Source of the DNA: Candidatus Latescibacterota bacterium
GTDB taxonomy: Bacteria > Latescibacterota > UBA2968 > UBA8231
Length of the DNA stretch: 64,000 nt
Assembly: GCA_965204725.1 (NCBI GenBank)
Contig: OZ242005.1
Coordinates: 2,336,001-2,400,000, forward strand
Direction: 5' to 3'
Position 1 is the first letter of the stretch, and each line of letters opens with the position of its first letter. The notes under the pieces were generated by a model. That model saw only the letters and a program-made list of their open reading frames with translations, ran no database searches and was not told the DNA's origin. A program made the position numbers and the translations under genes. This document shows, piece after piece, positions 21,450-31,725 of this stretch.

Positions 21450-22293
21450 GAAGCTATCTCATAAATACCGTAGCAGTATGAGGATGCATCCGAGTTGTAC
21501 AAAGCCGAGGTAGTTTTCAGCATAGTATTCGTATCGAACCACGATGCGGCGGAAGTTATGCAACCAAGCAAACAGTCTTTCTATTTTCCAGCGTCTTTTG
21601 TAGCCCCGCAACCGCCGCCCGTCCTGGGTTTTGGCCTGCGTGCGATTGCGGCGATGCGGGGCGATCATCTCAATGCCTTGGTTGGCCAAGCTCGCATCCA
21701 ATCGATCCGAGTCGTAGGCTCGGTCCCCGATGAGTCGTTGCGGTCGGGGCTGGACCCATCGGTTTTCCAAGGTGGCTTCTACGAGGGTGACTTCGTGGGG
21801 CGAAGCACTTTGGATGAGTACGGCGATAGGAAGACCAGCGCGGTCTGCCACTGCCATGAGCTTCGTACCTTTGCCCCGCTTGGTCGGACCCACTCGGTCC
21901 CCCCTTTTTTCGCCGCGACAAACAGGCCATCGATGAAGCATTCGCTCACATCAAGGCCCCCGCGCTCATGCAAGTCGTGCGCGAGGGTGCGCAGAATATG
22001 TTCAAAGGTGCCATCAGACGACCACTGTTGGAATCGACGATGGCAGGTCTGGTAGGACGGATAGCGAGCAGGCAGGTCATGCCCAGGCGCCCCGGTGCGG
22101 AGAATCCACAGAATACCATTGAGCACCGCCCGGTTACAACGCCAGGGACGACCCCGACCATCGCGGCGTTTGGGACACGCCGGCAGCAGTGGGGACACTA
22201 TCGACCACTGTTCGTCTGTAAGATCCATAAGAGATACCTCCGAAAGGGAATACCACTAACGTAGCACAGCCAGACTATTTATGAGATAGCTTC
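21450..22293 (-). mobile_element. IS5 family (IS427-type) insertion sequence, 844 bp, two-ORF frameshifted transposase
   Basis: Perfect 18-bp TIR GAAGCTATCTCATAAATA with TA on each flank; orfA 21779-22228 (MDLTDEQW...GILWILRTG), orfB 21459-21941 ([21 protein letters not shown]); slippery AAAAAAGGGG near 21901-21910. Confidence 0.93.
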
Positions 22294-25200
22294 TAGATGG
22301 GATGCTGATAATGTAAGGATCTGTGAGGCGTTTATTTTCGAGCTCTTCTTTTACAAGATCATAATCTTGCTTGCTAATAAAAACAGCGTTAATCCTAAAC
22401 CAACAATCTAATTTTGTTTCTCGACCTGATTTGCTCTGTTGTTCCATCCCTCTTAATACTATCCATTGATTCTGCTTACCAGGATCTTTTACTCGCAAAA
22501 GGTCTGAAAAATCGGGGATTATATCTTTATCCCAAAGAAACTCTTGCTGATCACGAATATCGTCACGGCCGGAAAAAGAGAATTTGTATGGCTGCCACCA
22601 TGTACTCTCTGAGTGATGGTCACCATTTTTTCTTATCCAAATAGTAGGATCAATATCTCGTTTGTACATTTGCCATGGGCCATAGTAATGTTTGTCTTCC
22701 ATGTCACTATAACCGCGATCTATCCAATGTACGTTATCGGATAAACGCGCAAGTATCTCATGAAACGCAATCCATTGATATTTCTTGCCGATCCTTTCCA
22801 TCTCTCCGCCGCTAGGCCCCTGATCTCGTCCATAGGAGCAATGTTCTTCAAACTTAGAAAAAAGTTCTTCTGTCCAACCAAACTCGTAGGAACGCTTACA
22901 CACCCACCTTTGTGCCCACTTACGACTAAACGCAGCCGGCCTATCATTATCCAAACCAGAAAGCCACCTATAGTATTCTCTATTTTCATCACTGCTAATT
23001 TGGGTTTTTATTTGGTCTTCCAACTCTTCCGGTCTCTTTTTTCTCTGGTCTCGTCTTTTTTCTTTTGATTTCCGTACATTTTTGTGTTTCTCAATGGCGT
23101 CGTTTTCTTTTTTAATTTCGTCAAAAGTTCGCATATTTTTTCTCACATCTACCTGTTTTAAGCGCATAGAAGATATATCAATCTTCTTAGAAGTGTTTTT
23201 AGATAGATTTGGGGCAATTTGTTTTAGATATTCTGCTTGAACCTTTCCGCGTAATAATTGTTCTGCAAATTTCTTTTTCAAATCATATCCCGTTTGGGGA
23301 GCAGGTTCGGATATAGGTGTTGGAGACCAGTTGTGAATGCAATTCATAGTGTACGTTCCAAAATCTCCTGGAAACCCCATAACAGAACTTTTTATTTTTG
23401 AGTATCCTTTGCTCTGTTGAAAAGGCTTATTTATTAGCTTGGTTCGCTCCATTATTCTATATAATATCGCAGGAGCAAGCTGTACAAGAAACTTAATCAT
23501 AGCCTCCTTAACTCTGCTTTTCAATAGAGCAATCTTTGAGTATCCTTTATTCTCAACTATGCTGTCAATTTCCTTTTGTGTAGGATTTTCTATTGGCCAT
23601 TCAGATTTGTACGGCGGTCGAAACAAGTCGATATTGACACCATCAGGAAGCAATTTTTTATATAGAGCCAACTCCAAAATACCTCTCGCATAATCTCTGA
23701 GAAGTATATGCGGTATAGGCTTGCCGTCTTTGAAGACGAGTTCAAAAACCAAAGTTGCTATACGAGAAATAATCTGTGGATCAGTAGTATTACAAACAAC
23801 TCCATAGGCAACAGCATATAGACGTTCAATCAAATAGAGATCGTTGACCAAATGAAATTCACGAAGCAAATCTGGCAAAAAAGAGGGATATTTTGACAGT
23901 ATTCTTACCAGCGATTTTGTCGCTCTATCACGTACCTTGCGATTCGATGTTGTAAGAAACCATAGCAATGTGATCGCACAAAGTTGTATCCTTTCTTTCT
24001 CAACTTCTTCTATATCTCCAAAGCATGACCATTCGATAAGATCTCTTACAATGGATTCAATCCCTTCATCTTCTTCTGATGTATAATTCAATGCCACATG
24101 AATCGACCAGAAATGGTCACGCTCAGCCATCTCTTTGCCTATTAAGTTGGTATGTATTAGCCTTGCGTTCCATGGGTGTGAGGGTTCTGTTGATAGCTTC
24201 AATAGTATATGCAATATTCGGTTAGAATATTTTATCCGATTAAGCAATTCCAGCGTTCTGTCCGAAAATGAACTTGGAGTTCTCCAAATAACTGTGTTGG
24301 AAAACATTTCAGTGGTTAGCCGTTCATCAATATCTGCATCACAAGGTAAAAGATCAATCAACTCTTTATTATATTTTTCTGCAATGATTATGGTCAAAGC
24401 CTCAAGTATTCCGGCATATCTATAATATCCGCGTTCTGCAACTGCCTTACCGAGAGGCTTATCAGGGGAAAAAATACTGTCAATATTTTCTGAGTTATAC
24501 TGCTCTATAATTTGTTGAGCAACAAAATGATCGCTGAATCTCTCATAGGTGAACCTGACTAAAGGTTTTCCTCCCTCATCAGGTTCATACGAAATATCAT
24601 CTGACAAGACACCTTCCTGCAATAATTCATTAAGAAAAGGCTTGCCTATATTTTCATTCGGATCGTGATCACGGAATAGTTTTCTAGCGTCTCCCGTGGG
24701 TATTCCAGTTAAATGTTCTGGAAATAATTTCGATGAGAATGCGATCAGAGCTTGTTTGACTATTTCTTCTCTGGGATTATAGTCTTTACGTTTAGCAATT
24801 ATTTTTTCAATGCTTTTAATATAGAAATCAAACAGACTCGTAACACCGCGTAAGCCTTTAGGGAAAGCGGTCATATTATTTGCTTTTAGAGCTTGGCAAC
24901 ATGTTTTTAAGAACAAAGGGTTAGTAAACTCTGGTGCCAATATAGGAGCACTGGGTTTTGAAATTCCTTGCTGAGATAGATACTTTTCTGCGGCACGATG
25001 CTCGTATCCTTGAAAGCCATAGTGCTTTATCTGAATAAGACGATCTTCATTTATGTGGTCAGGCAAGATATATGTTAAGAAAGTACTCCGACAGCTTAAC
25101 AAAACTGCGATATGATCAAATTTAGATATGTCTGATAAGAAGCTAATTATATGATACTGCCAGTCCTCTCTATGTAAACCTTCGTTGATAGCATCGATTA

Positions 25201-26482
25201 CGATAAGTGCCCTAGAACCGGAAGCCTCTCCTGCAGCGTTTATTGCCCCAAAAACCTGTGAATCACTATGTTCCCTCAAATCAATGGCATCTTTTATCAA
25301 TTCAATCGGATTGCCGCCGCCATATTGAGAGCCCAAAAGAAAAATTGTAGGTTGATTATTTTTTATTCGATGAAGGCTAATATCGCAGAGCAAATGAGAC
25401 TTCCCGATTCCAGCCTCGCCATATAAAAGGGCTGTCTTAATTTTTGCCGCTTTAACCTTTTCTCCTTTTAAGAAATAAGAAAAATCACTTATTATATAAA
25501 AGAAGTCATCAAAAATCCTACGTTCCTCATTGCGGTCAGGTCTCCCTTGACTGTTCCTGTTTTCCTTCGAGAGCATATCGTAATATTCTGAATATTCTGA
25601 TATTTTTTCAAAATGCTCTTGCACATCTTGAACATTGAATAGCACATCTTTTTGGTTCATCCCATCCGATAAGATGCGAGATACCACTAAATACAGTTCG
25701 TTTATCTTTGCGACTTTTTCTGAATCCAACAACTCTGATTTGTCTCCCATAAACTCCTTGAAAAACTTTTCTGCCTTTTCATTTAAGTCCGCTATTCTAG
25801 ACCCTAAGTCTTTCCACCATTGAGCATTCAGGCAAAGCCCATCAAAAACTTTAGCAATAGGTAAATCAACATGAAACTCGGGTGTATATCTATCTCCCAA
25901 AGCCTCCCGTGCTTTACCCGCTATGTCCTCGAGTTTTCCAAAATTCAATACTGGTTCGTTAAACCAATACAATGCTTTACCAGAGTACAAAGGATCGTTA
26001 ATAGTCAAAAATGATGTGATTTCATGCTTCCCCCAGTACTTAAACTCGACACTGCGTCCCTCATCTTGAGCCCTCTCTTTCCATTTTTTAACATAGATAT
26101 TCCATTCATCTTCAACAGATACTACTTTCTTGCCACCTCGTCCTTTTTTTCTGCTATCCGATTTGTCCAGAGGCAAACAGATGACATATTTCGTCAAATT
26201 AGGATGTCTCTCCAAGGCGGTAATAAAAGAATGATCCAATTGTTGCCAACGAGATTGATCCATTCCATCTGGAAAGTACTTCGCTTGCCAGCATATTTCT
26301 GAATTATCTTCTAGGACCCAATAGCACTCGACACCAGCATCACCACCAGCACCTTCCTTCCTCGTAAACCTCAATGCTTTTTGTGGTTTGCGGAGACGCG
26401 CAAGTTGACAAACCAGTTCTTCAAAGCCAGATGCTTGGCTTCCGTTATGTGCTCTAATAGTTGAAAAATCAATATTGTTCAT
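22294..26482 (-). pseudogene. AVAST-like STAND NTPase with N-terminal restriction-like nuclease (Avs2/Avs4-like), IS-interrupted
   Basis: N-terminal FEELVCQL...GDAGVEC...WQAKYF; Walker A GEAGIGKS; Walker B IVIDAINE; NPLFLK; RFTYERFSDH; C-terminal ERIGKKYQWIA...GPWQ..RDIDPT; low GC. Confidence 0.8.
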
Positions 26483-26562
26483 CTGGTTAATCCTCCTTTT
26501 TTATCCTCTGCATCACTTGCGGCGTCTGTGTTTTCTGCACCCTCCACCCACCTGCACTGCCC

Positions 26563-26605
26563 AATCCGCGTCCTCTGCGTAATCCGTCTAATCCGCGATC
26601 CAGAC
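26563..26605 (-). repeat. Right 43-nt inverted repeat (partner of 20558-20600)
   Basis: AATCCGCGTCCTCTGCGTAATCCGTCTAATCCGCGATCCAGAC; its reverse complement begins GTCTGGATCGCGGATT. Confidence 0.75.
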
Positions 26606-26621
26606 ATCTTCCACCACCGTC

Positions 26622-26732
26622 TCATCCAACACTCCGCGCCCGCTGTTTCCGATTTTCGACCAACTCGGTTACGTCGGCATATACCAACTCGCGGTCGTCA
26701 GCGGTCAAGCCCAGTGCACCAACTTCATTCAT
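26622..26732 (-). pseudogene. 36-aa chimeric gene remnant
   Basis: MNEVGALGLTADDRELVYADVTELVENRKQRARSVG; overlaps the stop codon of the R-M gene. Confidence 0.4.
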
Positions 26733-29700
26733 TATCAGCGTCCCGCATTTCTTCCAGCAACGCTTGCCCGATATATTCGTCGTGTCTTTCGCTGATGTTT
26801 GTAGCGTCAGAAGTCAATGTGCCTGCTAATGCTAGTAGGGGATCGCGTTCGGGCTGACGTTGGGCTTTCAGTTCCTCTTTACCCTCAATGGCGCGGATGA
26901 CCTCCAAGCTACCGAGAAAGAAAAGATTCTTCCGTACAGGATGTTTTCTCTCATAGAGTCGCTCAAAGATGGTGCGGAGTGCGGACATTTTATCGCCGGT
27001 GATTTCCTCGATAGAGTGCAACTGCTCGCCTTGCAACGGTTTGAAGAAGTACTTGTCAGCGCGATGCAGTTCATCGGTCAGGTAGATTTCATAAACCAGT
27101 CCGTCAACTATCCGCTCAAAAAACTTGACCATCAGGTAGTCCCGGGCATAAGCTAAATTTTTGCCGTCCGTAGATGGCTGATTCTTGAGGTAGATGATGT
27201 AATCGACGATAGTGGTGATGAGGGCGTTCTTATCGGCAGTAATCTTGGGAATGGGGATGCGTTCAACAGCGAATTTCTTCCACTGAGTAAGGCCCATTCC
27301 AGTCGTTAGGGCGGTATTCTTTATGAGCCAAGTAACAAGGGTACTGTTCAAAACCGCACAAAGGTATTTCAGCGATTTCCCCGTCATAAAAAACCCTTTG
27401 TCGTTGCAATACATTTCCGAATCAGAGTAGGCGAACCTTCCCTTGCTCGACATATCCATCCAGAACAGCTTTTCTTTAGCAAACTCTGCATGGTAGGCGC
27501 AGTTGCGAAGACTGTAAGGCGTCTGAACTCTGTCATACCGCTTTTCCAAGTTTGGATAGAACTTATCCAAGTGATTTTTGATGATCGGGTAATCGTCAAT
27601 GTTGATAGCCGGAACATCGTCATATCCGTTGTGCGTATCAATCAGCCAGACCCCTGCCCATTGCACTTGATAGCGTTGAATATCCCGGCCGCGCAACATG
27701 GGCTTGATAACCTCGGCAGACTTCGGGTCTGCGGCGACCAATTCCTTTTTGGTTGCATCGTCAATAATGAAGGCGTCGTTGAATCCAGTTGTTACGCCGC
27801 GATAGATAGACACATCCCAGTCTTTCAACGGCGTTCCAATCGCCTCCATCTTATCCATAATCGACTGCTCAATGGCCGACAGCGCACTCCACGGCTTTTC
27901 CCCTCTTGGACTCAACTGCCCCCAAAAATTGTCCTCCGGCGGGAAGGCTCTATCGGACAGGCGGTCCATATCCACCGCCTTGCAGACCGCATCGCTCTTG
28001 CCGCTACGCGCTAGCAAAATGTTGGTGTCAACAATAGCGTTTTCAAAAACATCCTTGCCCATTTCCAACAACTGCAACGGCGAGTGTTGCTCAGCAAAGT
28101 AGCGGCGTGTCGTCTTGCCGTATTCCGCCTTTAACCAACTGTTGGACGTGATATAAGCGAGTAGGCCGTGCTGGGACGCGAGCAGTTGGCAGCCCTTCTC
28201 GTAAAAAAGCTGATAGATGTCGCCCGTGCGGACGAAGGTGGCAAACCCGGCGTCCTTGTAGAGCCGCCCCAATTCCCCTCTATTTTTCTGCAACTGAATG
28301 TACGGCGGATTCCCAATCACCACGTCAAACCCATCGGCGACGCCGAACATATACTCCGCGTCGAACCAATCGGCACCAGCATTCTGGTCGTAGGGATCCC
28401 ATTGGGCGACTTGGTTCGCGGCGGCAGCACTCATACTGTTCTGCAACTCGGCGGCCAATTCTCTACGCAGCCGGGCATCCTGTCGGCGATACGCCAACTT
28501 CTCTTGGCGCGTGGTGGCGTGAAAGTGCCGCTCGCGGTTTTCGTTCAGTTCCTGTTCCAACCGATTCACCGCATCCGTTTGCCCGAGGCTCATTTGGGCT
28601 GGCTTGTCAAGGCTCAACAACGTATTCGCCGCGACAAAGCGCGTCTCCAAGTTCGGCAACGGCTTAATGCCAAAGTTGTCGGCGGTCTTGTTCACTTCCT
28701 GCTCTATCGCCAGCGAAATGAAAAAGCGCAACTTGGCGATCTGGCAGGCCACCGGCTGAATATCCACCCCAAAGATGCTGTTCTGAATCAGATACAGCTT
28801 GCGCCCAAAGTCGGAGTCCCGGTAGTGCTCAAAGGTCTCGCTGATTTCATCGAGTTCGGCTTTGCGTTCCCGTGGGTCTTGGGCGTCAAACGCCACATCC
28901 GCCTTAGCTAGGGCGCGTTCCTTTTGCAACTTCTCCCAGTGGGCGTTGTCGGGGTCAATCCGCCGCAAGGCCAAAGTGAGTTTATGCAATACACCCATGG
29001 GAAACGCGCCCGATCCGACCGCTGGGTCCAACACCTTGAGCTCCGCAATCGCCTGCACAAGACGTTCCGCTTCGACCTCCTCAAACAGTTCATTGGCGTC
29101 GTTGAACGCATCCTCATAGTCCAGCAAATAGCGCAACCGATCTTGCCAAAACCCAACATCGTCGTCTCTTGGCGAACACGCCTGAGCCAATGCCTCGACC
29201 AACGCCTCATCCACCATGTAATCCACCACCGGACGCGGCGTGTAGTACGAGCCAGTCTGCTCACGCACCGTCTCGCGTGTTTCGGGATTGTACGCGGCCA
29301 GCAAATTCTCGAACACCTTGCCGAGCAACTCCGGGTCAAGCGCGACCTCCTGTTCCGCAGGCGTGTTTTCCTCCACCGTGAACTTGTAGCGGTTGAACAG
29401 AGTAATCAGCCCATCGTCGTCAAAAAACAGGCGGTTGGGAAGGCTCAACTTGTGGTAGTGAACATCGGAAAAACAGTCAACGCGCCAGCCGCCTGATGTG
29501 GTAGATTCCTCACTGTCCAGACAATCGAACAAGCCGCCGTTGATAAAGGGCGTCTGGCTGAACAGACGCAACAGCGCATCCGGGTCGCTCATTTCTCTTT
29601 TGAAGCGATAGCGGGAAAAGTCGCGGTGAGTGACATTCTTCTTTTGGCTAAAACCGCGCTTTTCGATCTCGGTGTTGAGCGTAGCGAAAAACAGGTTTTG

Positions 29701-30633
29701 TAGCACCGTGCGGTAGTACGAATCGCCCGCGTCTTGGTCGTAATCCTTCAGCAGTTTGGCGATTCGCGCCTCAATGAACAGGGCGTCGGCGATGAGCCTC
29801 TTTTCCTTGATGAACCAGACGAATAGCAGGCGAGTAATGAGGCGGATGACGTGTTCTTCGGCGTGGAGGGAACGCGCTTCGCCGGTTGGAAACGTCGCCT
29901 CCTGAACCGCACGGTTGAACCAGCCAAACAAATCGCGGTAGAACCGCCGATTCAATTCTTCCGTATCCAGCGCGGCCAACCAAGCGGCCAACAAGCCATC
30001 GAAGTTGGGCAACGCGTCGTGGGCGTCCATCCACAGCAACCGCTGCCGCAACGATAAGTCGGCGAGGATGTCCAACTGGGCGCGGTGTGGCTCAGTGGGG
30101 TTAATCTCCCGAATCAGCGACACGTGGCCCAGCACATCGCGCTTGGGGTCGCGCTTGTGTTCACGGCGGTGAACAAAGGACAGAGTCAACCGATCATCAG
30201 CGGTCTTGAACAGCACCACAGTCGGCACGGTTATCCGCTTGTTGACCTCGCGGGTAAATTGGGCGTATTGCCCACGCGGATAGGTTTTGCCGTTCAGTTC
30301 AATAGCGGCGAACAAAAAACTCCGCGCATTGCCCTTGTCAAAGCCGTCAGTGGGCAACAACGTGCGCCGCACCACCGTAATTTCAGAATCGGTCACCTGA
30401 AAGAGAATCCGCACGGACCGGGCGTTGTCGCGGAAAAACCGTTCGGCCTGTGTGTTCTCGTTTAGCGCAGGAAATTGCCGAATAAAGTCATCCACCTTGC
30501 CCGAAAGCACTACGGTGCGCTCGCTCCGATAGCCCAACACATCGAGCAGATGAACGGCATTTTCACACCATTCGCCCGTTTGGCAACGCTGTATGGCTTC
30601 GGCTATGGCCTCTCTGTATGCTGTATCATTCAT
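26725..30633 (-). CDS. Type IIG/Eco57I-like N6-adenine methyltransferase with TaqI-like specificity domain
   Basis: GSYYTPR, VLDPAVGSGAF, GVDIQ, VIGNPPY, YITSNSWL, LNS motif; last ~50 aa look foreign. Confidence 0.88.
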   Translation of the reverse strand: MNDTAYREAIAEAIQRCQTGEWCENAVHLLDVLGYRSERTVVLSGKVDDFIRQFPALNENTQAERFFRDNARSVRILFQVTDSEITVVRRTLLPTDGFDKGNARSFLFAAIELNGKTYPRGQYAQFTREVNKRITVPTVVLFKTADDRLTLSFVHRREHKRDPKRDVLGHVSLIREINPTEPHRAQLDILADLSLRQRLLWMDAHDALPNFDGLLAAWLAALDTEELNRRFYRDLFGWFNRAVQEATFPTGEARSLHAEEHVIRLITRLLFVWFIKEKRLIADALFIEARIAKLLKDYDQDAGDSYYRTVLQNLFFATLNTEIEKRGFSQKKNVTHRDFSRYRFKREMSDPDALLRLFSQTPFINGGLFDCLDSEESTTSGGWRVDCFSDVHYHKLSLPNRLFFDDDGLITLFNRYKFTVEENTPAEQEVALDPELLGKVFENLLAAYNPETRETVREQTGSYYTPRPVVDYMVDEALVEALAQACSPRDDDVGFWQDRLRYLLDYEDAFNDANELFEEVEAERLVQAIAELKVLDPAVGSGAFPMGVLHKLTLALRRIDPDNAHWEKLQKERALAKADVAFDAQDPRERKAELDEISETFEHYRDSDFGRKLYLIQNSIFGVDIQPVACQIAKLRFFISLAIEQEVNKTADNFGIKPLPNLETRFVAANTLLSLDKPAQMSLGQTDAVNRLEQELNENRERHFHATTRQEKLAYRRQDARLRRELAAELQNSMSAAAANQVAQWDPYDQNAGADWFDAEYMFGVADGFDVVIGNPPYIQLQKNRGELGRLYKDAGFATFVRTGDIYQLFYEKGCQLLASQHGLLAYITSNSWLKAEYGKTTRRYFAEQHSPLQLLEMGKDVFENAIVDTNILLARSGKSDAVCKAVDMDRLSDRAFPPEDNFWGQLSPRGEKPWSALSAIEQSIMDKMEAIGTPLKDWDVSIYRGVTTGFNDAFIIDDATKKELVAADPKSAEVIKPMLRGRDIQRYQVQWAGVWLIDTHNGYDDVPAINIDDYPIIKNHLDKFYPNLEKRYDRVQTPYSLRNCAYHAEFAKEKLFWMDMSSKGRFAYSDSEMYCNDKGFFMTGKSLKYLCAVLNSTLVTWLIKNTALTTGMGLTQWKKFAVERIPIPKITADKNALITTIVDYIIYLKNQPSTDGKNLAYARDYLMVKFFERIVDGLVYEIYLTDELHRADKYFFKPLQGEQLHSIEEITGDKMSALRTIFERLYERKHPVRKNLFFLGSLEVIRAIEGKEELKAQRQPERDPLLALAGTLTSDATNISERHDEYIGQALLEEMRDADNE

Positions 30634-30648
30634 CTTTAGCAGTCCTCA

Positions 30649-31577
30649 GAGGCTGTCTGAAAACTCCATTTTCTATTTGATTCTTTTGAGTAACAGGTGG
30701 ATCATAGCAATCTGGATCAAGGCTTCGCTATGGCGGGTCAACACCTCATAATCTCGGGCATGACGGCGCGAGTTCATCACCCATGCCAAGGTACGCTCGA
30801 CGACCCAACGGCGTTTGAGTACGGTAAATCCGGGGCCTTGTTTGGCGACGACTTCCAAGTCAATCTTGTGCGTCTTTTTTAGGTTGGCCACCCATGTTCG
30901 GATCGCCTCGCCTCGATAGCCGCCATCGCCCCACAGTTTGCGTAACCGGGCTACGCCGGACGTCCCCAAGCGGGTCAACACCTGCTGCAAGCCGTCTCGA
31001 TCGGATACATCGGCGGCGGTGACCACCACCTGTCGAAGCAAGCCTGAGGCGTCGACCAGCAGATGCCGTTTTCGGCCTTGAACCTTCTTGCCCGCGTCGT
31101 AACCGGTTGTTTTACCATGGGTTGCCGTTTTGATGGTCTGACTATCGATACAGCCCGCCGAGGGCGTGGCCGGCCGGCCGTTGCGGCGGCGTTCCTGCTG
31201 GGTGAGCCGTTCCAACACCCGCGGCCAGACCCCGTGCCGGCTCCAGCGACGGAAGTAATCATACACCGTTTTCCACGGGCCAAAACAAGCCGGTAACAAC
31301 GCCCAAGGACACCCCGTCTTGTTCAGATACAAAAGCCCGTTGACGATCGGACGCCGATCCCGCGGCGGCCGACCCGGACCGTTGGGGCGCCACCGCGGAG
31401 CCGGCAGCAACGGTTCGATCTGCTGCCATTGCACATCGGTTACATCGGTTGCATATTGGCCACTGGGCGTACTCATCATACGAGCCTTTCTGTTCAGATT
31501 TTGTGGTGAAACCTGAATATGGCCTGATGAGTACGCCGATTCAAATACGACTACATAATGGGTTTTCAGACAGCCTC
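30649..31577 (-). mobile_element. IS5 family (IS1031-like) insertion sequence, 929 bp
   Basis: 16-bp TIR GAGGCTGTCTGAAAAC...GTTTTCAGACAGCCTC; single transposase ORF. Confidence 0.92.
30673..31479 (-). CDS. IS5 family transposase
   Basis: YATDVTDVQW, IDSQTIK, GYDAGKKVQGRKRHLLVD, RRWVVERT. Confidence 0.93.
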   Translation of the reverse strand: MMSTPSGQYATDVTDVQWQQIEPLLPAPRWRPNGPGRPPRDRRPIVNGLLYLNKTGCPWALLPACFGPWKTVYDYFRRWSRHGVWPRVLERLTQQERRRNGRPATPSAGCIDSQTIKTATHGKTTGYDAGKKVQGRKRHLLVDASGLLRQVVVTAADVSDRDGLQQVLTRLGTSGVARLRKLWGDGGYRGEAIRTWVANLKKTHKIDLEVVAKQGPGFTVLKRRWVVERTLAWVMNSRRHARDYEVLTRHSEALIQIAMIHLLLKRIK

Positions 31578-31615
31578 TAAGAAGCGGTCTGAAAACTCTG
31601 GTGGTCGTCTCCCGG

Positions 31616-31725
31616 CTGGATTCCCGCGTTCGCGGGAATGACTTCTCAGAAGCTGCTTGAAACGCCAGCCTCCGTCATTCCCGCGCAAGCGGGAATCCAG
31701 TCTTGAATGATATGGGATTGCTATT
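31616..31725. repeat. Inverted REP doublet plus MITE right end
   Basis: CTGGATTCCCGCGTTCGCGGGAATGAC (31616-31642) and GTCATTCCCGCGCAAGCGGGAATCCAG (31674-31700), then TCTTGAATGATATGGGATTGCTA. Confidence 0.8.
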
